NCBI GenBank assembly: GCA_951406725.2
Contig: OX597825.1
Span: 12,028,001 to 12,092,000, forward strand
Source: Octopus vulgaris
Taxonomy: Eukaryota
DNA length: 64,000 bases
Direction of reading: 5' to 3'
Shown one piece after another: positions 53,649 through 64,000 of the stretch (positions are counted from its first letter, which is position 1; each line of letters begins with the position of its first letter). The notes beneath the pieces were generated by a model. That model saw only the letters and a program-made list of their open reading frames with translations. It had not been told where the DNA came from and searched no databases. A program made the translations under genes and the position numbers.

Positions 53649-54287
53649 GTAACATTCAATCGAACAACGGTCTCCACAATACCCGTAACACGTGGAAAAT
53701 ATACTTGTGATAAAATATAACCCTTACAACACATAAAACAACAATTACCTTCCGGAATCAATAACACCGTTACAAAATTTAAATGTATATAGCGATTCTA
53801 GACTCATTGATATAATATCTAAAATCCATTACGATAAATGAAATAAAATTATAAACAAACGTTAATTTGTGCTTAATAAGTGTAATTTAAATAACAGGCA
53901 TAAAGTGACATAAACTTCTGCGTATTAAAATATATTAATGACTTCTAAATTAAATAAAGTAAACAGGCCATTACACTAGTGTTTTAAGCAATCAACCAAT
54001 TAAACCGACAATCAACGTAAACAGTAATACCTAATCATAATTACAAAAGCTAATGTGCTGCTTCTAACAAGTACAAAATCACAGAAGAACTACGAAAAAT
54101 ATTTCAAATCCATGAAAATGGCCAAATACTCAATTACTGAAAATAATATAAAAGTTTCCCTTCTTGCCACCAAAAAGAAAATGGTGGTTTTTATTAGTGA
54201 AAATAATGTTTTAAACGCATATTTATGGGATCACAGTTTCTCTAAAAAACCCTCTCGAGTTATAGCATGCTCTGAAAACTAGTATTC

Positions 54288-54638
54288 ATTTCAAATTTTG
54301 GAGCAAGGTCAGCTAGTTCGGACAAGGGATTAAGTCGATTACATCGACCCCAATCCTCACGTGGTTCTTATTTTATCAATCCCGAAGCATGGAAGGCAAA
54401 GTCGACGGCCGTAGAATATATTGGTTTCAAATACTGACACATAACCAGCAATGTTGGAAGAGGTGTTAAGTCGATTATTTCGATCTCAAAGCTCAACTGG
54501 TACTCATTATTTTGTCGACCCCGAAAAGATGAAAGGCAAAGTTGACCACGATGTAACTTGAAGTCAGAATGTAAAGACGGACGGAATGCGGCCAAACTTT
54601 TTGCCCGGCGGACTAACGATTCTGTCAGCTCATCGCCT
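54288..54638 (-). mobile_element. Older SINE family A pair (one full, one truncated)
   Basis: Two TTTCAAA.....AAGTCGATTA..TCGA...GAAGGCAAAGT.GAC units; head ends near 54638. Confidence 0.8.
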
Positions 54639-55611
54639 CAAACCTTATAAATATTAAGAACATACGTCATAATACATACCCGTTTACGTCTGTAGTTTTC
54701 AGACGGCTTGCCCTAATTAAATCACTGTCACAAAAATTTGGCTTAATTCTTCGCTTCCACGCATTTCCTAAAATTATTTTTTGAGTAGTTACGCAGTGGG
54801 AGTAAAACCGGAGCAATCCCGAAGGGGGTCACAACAACCCCTCACCACCGCTTGACAAATGGTTTTGGTGTATCTACATCCCTGTAGATTCGTGGTTCCG
54901 TAAAGAACACCGATAGAATAAGGTATCAAGATTAGAAACTAAATGTAATTACTGGTGTTGATTCGTTTGCAATAAATTCTTCAAGGCGACGCCCCAGCAT
55001 GGCCGCAGTGTACAATTGAAACAAAGGAAAAGATAAAAGATAGAATGTGTATATTATAAATAGCGAAGCAATGATGGCTAATTAATAGTTTAGTTAGTCA
55101 GCAAATTCAGTGTTTCGAGAATATTCGCCAGAGATTCGTACATGAGAAACATCAAACTAGTCACCTAAGGGAAGAGAGATAAATAGTTAGATTGTGAAAA
55201 AAATATGAAGAAAAAAGCTATTTCTAATAAAATTAAGACACAGCTTTTGGGAGAAAAATAAATTGAAAAGAGTTCAAAAATATAATTATCAAATTTTTAT
55301 TAAATACTTCGATGCTTATTTTTAAAAAGAATATTTCACAAAATTTTTAATGAGATTGACCTGACAGTCTCGAATAATTAGCAATTTAATCAATGATATA
55401 AAATAGAGTTGTCAGTAAGAAGAGGATCTTCTTGATTCTAGTGTTAATATTGTAATGTATAAAAGCAAACAAAGTAATCGCGGTTTAGAGGAAATTAGAA
55501 ACGCAGCGTGAAACAAGAGACCAAGGAATTGTCGTCAATGTAGCGGTGTCTATTATAGGAATATGACGTCTGGGTGTCTGTCTGTGTGTCTGTTTCAGTG
55601 GCTTTCCGCCA

Positions 55612-55629
55612 ATCTATCTATCTATCTAC

Positions 55630-55682
<53 letters not shown>

Positions 55683-55723
55683 CATCCATCTATCTATCTA
55701 TCTATCTATCAATTCTATCTATA

Positions 55724-55787
<64 letters not shown>

Positions 55788-55832
55788 CATCCATCTATCT
55801 ATCTATCTATCTATCTATCAATTCTATCTATA

Positions 55833-55864
<32 letters not shown>

Positions 55865-55873
55865 CATCCCTCC

Positions 55874-55944
<71 letters not shown>

Positions 55945-55979
55945 CATCCATCTATCTATCTATCTATCTATCTATCTAT

Positions 55980-56013
<34 letters not shown>

Positions 56014-56022
56014 CATCCCTCC

Positions 56023-56086
<64 letters not shown>

Positions 56087-56091
56087 GTCTG

Positions 56092-56134
<43 letters not shown>

Positions 56135-56172
56135 GTGTATGTATGTATGTATGTATGTATGTATCTATCTAT
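55612..56172. repeat. (TATC)n tetranucleotide array with higher-order structure
   Basis: About 520 bp; variant marks (TCCATCCA, CAATTC, ATCCCTCC) each recur, indicating block duplications. Confidence 0.96.
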
Positions 56173-56203
56173 CAATCAGTATGCCTATAGATATATAATA
56201 TAT

Positions 56204-56249
<46 letters not shown>

Positions 56250-56821
56250 CATACATACACACGTATGTGCGAATATGTATCTTCTAGTGCATCTGAAGCT
56301 ATACCACAAGAACAAGACAGAAGCAAGCTTTATCGATTTTAATATGTAAGCTGCCTGAAGCTAGCAACATGAGATAAAATAAGAGATCGATTAATGCTAA
56401 TAATTTTAGATTTTCTTATTGAATTACATTATTTTAAAACTTGCCTGTAGTATTCTGTTAAAGAATACCATTGGTAGTATAGAGGCATATTTATTACAAC
56501 ATGCCGAGATATGGAAAATGTCAGAGAAAATATGCTTGCATGTATCAACATGTAATATACTTTGAAGAGGCACTTGTAATTTTTTTTTTCCTTTCCCTCT
56601 TTTTTTTTTTTTTTGAAAATGTGACTGAAAAAATATTTCTTAGCAAATATGAGGCAGACATTTAGGAAATATATCTGTATTTTGTTATCACATATCTAAC
56701 ATTTCTCTTATAATTTACATATATGGTTGTATACATGAGACAGAAAACCTATGTGCAGGCATTTATGGAAACGTGTGACTGTATACATATATATATATAT
56801 ATATAAGAATATACATATACA

Positions 56822-56874
<53 letters not shown>

Positions 56875-57017
56875 CCTGCTCGCTTAGCCAGAGGTGTGGC
56901 GTCATTCGAAGGCTAAAACAATGCGAAGCGCATTGTGATCAATGATGTGTAGCAACATCTGATGGTCTGGTCGATCAAGCGATCATGTGATGTATATATA
57001 TATATATATTGTTATAT

Positions 57018-57375
57018 TATTTTACTTGTTTCAGTCATTTGACTGCGGCCATGCCAGAGTACCGCCTTTAATAGAACAAATGGACCGCAGGACTTATTCT
57101 TTGTACTCATTCTATCGAGTACTTTGGCCAAAACGCTAGGTTATGGGGACGTGAATACACCAACATCGGTTGACAAGCGATGCTGAGGGACAAAACAGAA
57201 ACACAAACGCAAACATAGACAGACACTCTACGGGTTTCTTTCAGTTTCCGTCTACCACATCAATACACAAGTCTAGTCTTCGGTCCGCCCGAAGCTAAAT
57301 CAGAAGACACTTACCCACAGTACCGTGCAGTGGGACTGAAACCTGAACCGTGTGGTTGGGAAGCGAGCTCCTTAA
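57018..57375 (-). mobile_element. SINE family B
   Basis: TTTTACTTGTTTCAGTCATTTGACTGCGGCCATGC tail; GCAGTGGGACTGAA head region. Confidence 0.87.
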
Positions 57376-58020
57376 TACACATACATACACACATACATAC
57401 ATACATACATACATACATACATACATACATACATACATACATACATACATACATACATGCATACATACATACATACATATATAAATATATATATATATAT
57501 ATTATGTATATGTTGACATAAATGTATATATGTCTATGTGTATGTATCTGAATATGTGTGGATGCATACTCCATGCTTTGGTATGTATATACTTTACGAG
57601 ATGCACATTTATTTGGGTATAAAATATATGTTATAAATGGAAGATTCTCAATACATGTGCGCTTAAACGCGCACACACATACGCACATCTATATATATTG
57701 GCATATATTTATGGCCGAATACACACACACAGAAATATATATATATATATATATGTAAATATTGGCATATATTTATGCACGCATACACACGCACACACAT
57801 ATCTCTTTAAATATATATATTTGTGTCTGTATTTATGTGTATGTGTATCCAGAATGTTACAAATAAAATTCGTTCTACTAAAGAAGATATATACACAATT
57901 AGGAAGAGACATTATAATGAACACACCTGTAACTTCGTAATTATTTCAGTTGATATCGAATCTTCTAGAAACGGGTCTACTTGCTTCGTGTGAGAGATTG
58001 GAAGGTATTATATGTTATTC

Positions 58021-58242
58021 GAAATACCGCTAAGCATTACGCCGGGCGAAATGCTTAGCGGTATTTCGTCAGCCGTTACGTTCTGAGTTCAAATTCCGCC
58101 GAGGTCGACTTTGCCATTCATCCTTTCTGGGTCTATAAATTAAGTACCAGTTACGCACTGGAGTCGATGTAATCGACTTAATACCTATGTCTGAGCTTGT
58201 TTGTTGCCTCTGTGTTTAGTCCCTTGTGGATAATAAAGAAAT
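58021..58242 (+). mobile_element. SINE family A with 5' fold-back inversion and 18-bp TSD
   Basis: TSD AGGTA(T/A)TATATGTTATTC at 58003-58020 and 58243-58260; 58021-58038 is the reverse complement of 58050-58067. Confidence 0.92.
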
Positions 58243-58789
58243 AGGTAATATATGTTATTCATTAATAGATTTGCAAAATTTCTAAGAAACTCTATTACGA
58301 TTCGAAAACTTATTCAAGGAAGCTGGTAGTTTATAAAAATATGTGCCACATTTGGGGAATTACGACCCGGAAACCTAATAATTTCGTGTCATACATTCAT
58401 AATTGTTTCCAAATCCATAGAAGAGTCAACATGAAAATTAAGCAAAAATCTTATTTACATCCGAATCTAAATATGATACATAGACACTATTAAACACGGT
58501 AGATAACAATTAACAATACACAAAGTTGACATATAGTTGAAGCTAAATATGCAGATTTTCTTCAACAAACAAAGACATTTTCGTAAATTAACGGATTCAC
58601 AGGGCAGATATGAATATTATACATCTTTCACTCAGACGTCAGTCACAGTATAGCGGCTTCCTGCCATTTGGGGAGATTACTAGAAACGAGATGTTATTGG
58701 ATAATATATAAGAAATGAGAACTGTAATTCACAGGAAGCTGCCAACTTATTTCAATTATTTGAGTAAATATAACCAAATAAAAATGATT

Positions 58790-58876
<87 letters not shown>

Positions 58877-58880
58877 CATG

Positions 58881-58934
<54 letters not shown>

Positions 58935-59416
58935 TATATATATAGTTATATTTTCCTTACGAAAGATACAGCCTGCATAGAATTGCTCAAGTCGAGCCTG
59001 AGACGTTAGACAATTATAACAAGTGGAATGGAGAAAGTTCAAATCAGGTAAACCCCAATGAACACATATGTATTCGGATTTCATTAGATAAAAATTGTCT
59101 CCAAAAACATATATTGATATATTAAAAATACATATAAAATATAAAGACATGAATATTAAAAATATATATGGACATATAAATATATGAATATGCAAATATA
59201 GCAAATATGATGAAATATAGGATTATATATAAAAGTGTGTTTTTACAAAATTATTCATATAGGCATCAAAAAATATTGTACATATTAGAAGAAAATATTC
59301 CTACGGCCGTTCCTACGGCCGTTCCTACGTCTCCTGCATCAAAGAAGAAGTTATGTTTACAGTAGAAATGCATTCAGTTCATTGCTAAGCTATGAGGTAA
59401 GTAGAAGCTTTTATGG

Positions 59417-59479
<63 letters not shown>

Positions 59480-59858
59480 CATATATGCAAATGGTAGAAG
59501 TCTATATGAGGGCTGATGACGGTAAAAATTACTTTACTTAGTGTCTCTATTAAAATTTATATATATATATTGGCGATGTCGTGCTATAGGTAATATAGTG
59601 TTTTATTAATGATTTCTTAGTACGTTCAATCTCTGGTTTAAATAAGCCATTTACTGCCAAGAGAGTGTCGTTCCTATGGACCCCATCAGATACGTTTGGA
59701 AAACTTTTCTTAATTTGGGAAAGGATATATAGACCCACAAAGTCTGTCACCTGGGCCGAATCTCACGAACCTATACTGATGTCGAAGTAACTAAGAAAAA
59801 ATTTCTATTTATATATTAAACGTCGTTTTTGTTTATCTTTACTTTCCTTTAAATCTCA

Positions 59859-59940
59859 CCTACTGAAGAGTACAAATTCGACCTTTATGATGTTCTCTTT
59901 ATGAAAATCTTGGTTCTTTTGTACGAAACAATTGTCTGGG
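59859..59940 (+). ncRNA. Intact type I hammerhead ribozyme, long stem II variant
   Basis: CCUA-CUGAAGA-GUACAAA..GACC...GGUU..UUUGUAC-GAAA-CAAUUG-UC-UGGG: all core residues canonical, G10.1-C11.1, 7-bp stem II, stem III palindrome ACAAUUGU, GUC triplet, 4-bp stem I with one G-U. Confidence 0.9.
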
Positions 59941-61170
59941 AATATGAAATAAAATGTTAATCCATTTTATCATCAAATCTGCTTCAGTCCATTTATTTGA
60001 TGAAATTTATTGAACTTTGTTAAATACATTAAATCTTACTTTAGTTACTTCTGTTTTAACACCTTGTTAATTAACACACTCACCGGTTCGATTTCCATTC
60101 AGTTACTTAATTATTTTTTCTAAAAATTCCGTTGCGTCTGGCAAACTTGTCAATAGTCGTCGACTGTTATCAGAGCTGCGTTCCCTTATGTTTGCTCCTT
60201 TGTGCGCATGTGTGCGCGTCAGTGTGCATGTGTATACACACATGTATGTACATATGTATGTATATGTATGTTTGTGTGTATGCATATATGCGTGTGTATG
60301 TATGCATATATATATATATATATATATGTGTGTATGTGTGTGTGTACGTTTGTATGTATATATTCTTCATATTCATATGTTCGTGTGTTCATGCGGGTGC
60401 GTGTTTCTAGTGTGTGTGTGTTTGTATTTGCTTATATTTGTCTGTGTACCTCTGTTTCCTTGAGCGTGTATAAGTGTATGCGCTTCTGTGACTATTGGTT
60501 TCTCACAGCTACAGATCTGTTTTCTACAACATGCAGCCATGTTTAACATGTAATTTGATATGTAAAATTGATATGCGGCAAGTAAACTACAACCGCAACA
60601 CGTTTCAACGTTCTTAATGTTACTCTACACTCTTAAAGATGCCCAATTACCTAACTCCAACACTATTTATCTTTTACCAAAGGAACAGCGTCATGGCACG
60701 TTCTACTTTTGTTACGAAGCCAAGATACTCACATAGCCTTAATATACCAACAATACCCTAAATATTACAAAGTGGAGGCCATTACCTTTTTAATTTTCTG
60801 CATCCTGATACCACGACTCCATATTTGTGAAGGTCTGGGTACGATATTTAAAATCAAACGTAGTACTTTTGACAATACTGTGTTGAATCAACGCGGTATA
60901 AAATACAGCTGCAACAAAATGAGTTTTGAGTAAAATTCCTTCGTTTGCTTACCTACGCAAGCACGCACACACACACACAAACACACACACACACACATAT
61001 ATATACACACACATATATATATGTATGTATGTATATAAATATATATATTCACACATATATATGCATTTGCATGTATATAAATATGTGTATGTGTTTATAT
61101 ATGCGTATGTATATAGCTATCGATATATCTGCCGTTTAATCAATTGTCCAATGTACCCATATTCATATGC

Positions 61171-61226
<56 letters not shown>

Positions 61227-61319
61227 GCATATATATACGTGTGTATATATACATACGAATATATATGTATACGTATTGAAAAATATAATCGTGCAAACAT
61301 ATATACATATACACATACA

Positions 61320-61350
<31 letters not shown>

Positions 61351-62011
61351 CCATGTATGTATGAGTGTGTGCGTGTGTGTATGTGTTCGTAAACTTTTCG
61401 GAAATCTGTTTACGTATATTTACATTTCAATATGTAGGTCTCGATACAATTATTTGTGTTTTCCAATTTTATAGTCCCTTGAATTCTCTCGAGTAGAAAC
61501 ATTCATCTTTCCTTTTGAATATTACAAATTTATGATTGTATCATCTTCTCCACCGTATGTGTCTGAATGTGTGGATTCAGGCATCGGAAAATCAATATTA
61601 AAACGAATATTTTATGTGTCATCTTCCTTTCACATGACGGATCACATAGCATAGATATAAAAAAAAGAAAACGCTACCACCATAACACCACTCTATCCAT
61701 CACAACGGCCTCTATATTGCCTGCTTTCTAACCTGTCCACCATCACCACAGATACTGAGCTCAATCCCCTCAGGATTCACAGCTACCAGAAACGCCATCA
61801 ATCAACCCCACTACTCCGATGCTCTCCAAGCCCGTTACCATTAGTAAGCTCTCCACAAGGAGCATTCTTCCACTACAGCAACCAGCCAAGATAATTGTTA
61901 ACCATTGCCACAACTACACCGCAGGCACCACTACGAAGGACTGCTGAAAATTACCTGGCTTTAAGAATATCGCGAGATGCTAGGTTGGGTGTCTAAACTT
62001 CCGAGTTCTTT

Positions 62012-62568
62012 TACCCCAGTTCGTGATTGATACTTATTTAATCGACCCCGAAAGGATGAAAGGCAAAGTCGACCTCGGCGGAATTTGAACTCAGAACGTA
62101 ACCGCAGACGAAATACGGCTACACATTTCGCCCGGGTTGCTAACGTTTCTTATTTCTTTACTGCCCACAAGGGGCTACACACAGAGTACAAACAAGGACA
62201 TACAAACCATTAAGTCGATTATATCGACTCCAGTGTGTAACTGGTACTTATTTAATCGAGCCCGAAAGGATGAAAGGCAAAGTCGACCTCGGCGGAATTT
62301 GAAATCAGAACGTAACGGCAGTAGAAATACCTATTTCGTTACTACCCACAAGGGGCTGGCTAAACACAGAGTGGACAAACAAAGACAGACAAACGGATTA
62401 AGTCGATTACATCGATCCCAGTGCGTAACTGGTACTTATTTAATCGACCCCGAAAGAATGAAAGGCAAAGTCGACCTCGGCGGAATTTGAACTGAGAACG
62501 TAACCGCAGACGAAATACGGCTACGCATTTCGCCCGGCGTGCTAACGTTTCTGCCAGCTCACCGCCTT
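62012..62568 (-). mobile_element. SINE family A tandem trimer
   Basis: Three copies of GAAAGGCAAAGTCGACCTCGGCGGAATTTGAA (about 62058, 62272, 62460); full head only at 62568. Confidence 0.95.
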
Positions 62569-63721
62569 CTGCTACTTCGACCGTTAACTCGGTGGTCTCC
62601 AAAGTTTTTCAGTATTTTCCCGCACTGCTTTCATTTGAATCAGTTCAGCTACGTTCGCCACAACCTCAATCAGTTCCACAATCTCTATCAATATTACTAG
62701 TTTTATCACCAACGTCGTATTCACCATGCCCGCAGTTACCGTCAGCGTACATAGCGACGAGAGGAAGAATATTAAAAATTAGCAGAACAGAAAGAATGAG
62801 GAAGAACTTAAAGAAATGAAAGTAAAACAGCAACATTAGGATGCGAAGAATATCAAATAAAATAAACGAAAAGAAAAGAAGTAAAAAAATGATGATGATG
62901 ATGATGATGAAATGAAAGAGGAGGACAACATGAAGATGAACCATATTTTATGTCAGTTTTTATTTGTAATAATGTGTTTCGTTCTGAATGGCACACATGA
63001 TGGTTCATTGTATATCGGTAAATGTTTCGCTTTCAATCTGTTTGCTATCTAACATTACCTGTGGGAAGCGCCAGTTTGAAGGATTAAACTGTATCTTGTT
63101 GTTTTTTTTTAAAACTCAATAGAAGTTTTTTTAATAAAATTCATGTTAAAGGTTTTATTAAGATGTGAAGGTGATTTAGTTGTTTAGTGCCACCATTGGG
63201 AATACGAAACAAATATTGAGTGTGGATAGAAGAAAAATATTCATACGGATGTAAAATAATAAATTCCTGTACATTCACATTTATTGATAGAAAAATCCAT
63301 ACTGAATTAATAATATATATGAAAACACAGTTTTATGGTATAGGAAATACTTATATTCAGAAACAGAGTAGGTTAATAATTTCCTGTTTTATATATGTAT
63401 ATTTCTTGCATATTATATTCCCATTTGTTGAAAAGTCCATAAGTGTCGTTTGTTTACAGTTCAAAAAAAGGGGAAAAAAACACACAAAGTATTTTATCCA
63501 TTTCTTTGTTACTAAGGGACCTTTCAAAGTGAAAGCAAATGCAATGAAATGTCACATTGTCAGTTTCGTTTTCATTTATACGGATTTTCGCTTCTAACTT
63601 TCAACTCATAACTGAGGTTTTGAACAAAGTTATGCCACTCATTGCTTTAGAGAGATTCATAAATATATACTATATACTTCATGCATACATACATACATAC
63701 ATACATACATACATACATACA

Positions 63722-63757
<36 letters not shown>

Positions 63758-64000
63758 TATATATGTATTCAGTGATATCAGATCTGCATGAATAAAGTAA
63801 CAAACAAATAAAGTAAGAAACAAATATAGCAGAAAGGAACAGAAAAAAAAATCTGCTTGAAGTTCCAAATCCTTTGGTAACTCCATCGAATATTATAACA
63901 GGAAACACAAGCAAAATTTCAAAAAGTAAATGTGCGGTGGCGTGTGTATAAACGTTCGTAAACGGAAGAAAGATTGCTCGTGCAAAGAATGTATACAGCC

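Noticed and set aside
59298-59329. 12-bp tandem repeat TTCCTACGGCCG; other short duplications at about 6395/6555, 23072/23162 and 52335/52617
   Set aside because: Ordinary slippage or local duplications with no spacers and no CRISPR-like organisation.
59510-59545. CUGAUGA followed by a GUAA/UUAC hairpin
   Set aside because: No GAAA or stem III follows.
61670-61935. C/A-rich stretch, and a GAA/GAT-rich stretch at about 62760-62940
   Set aside because: Decayed trinucleotide low-complexity sequence without splice signals or a credible ORF.

Overview
An AT-rich, gene-poor animal genomic window dominated by microsatellites ((TA)n, (CA)n, (TACA)n, (TCTA)n, (GA)n) and tRNA-headed SINEs. The repeat repertoire resembles an octopus (coleoid cephalopod) genome; this is inference from remembered repeat sequences, not a search. 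Nearly all listed ORFs are microsatellite or SINE artefacts. Recognisable content: four SINE families (my labels A-D), including tandem multimers and domain-swapped hybrids; a decayed CR1-group LINE 3' end sharing its terminal motif with SINE-B; a decayed maT/DD37D-type Tc1-mariner transposase; Penelope-like (PLE) GIY-YIG relics; several local inverted duplications; and one clean 81-nt candidate exon (+, 45769-45849), suggesting much of the window is intronic. The main result is a set of type I hammerhead ribozyme motifs with palindromic stem III, as in PLE-associated hammerheads. One is fully intact (59859-59940, +), two are near-intact and co-oriented 461 nt apart (34749-34837 and 35211-35266, -), and four are damaged (19714, 19975, 28740, 52896). 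Two of them share an identical 15-mer and a long (55-58 nt) stem II domain. All alignments and folds were done by eye.
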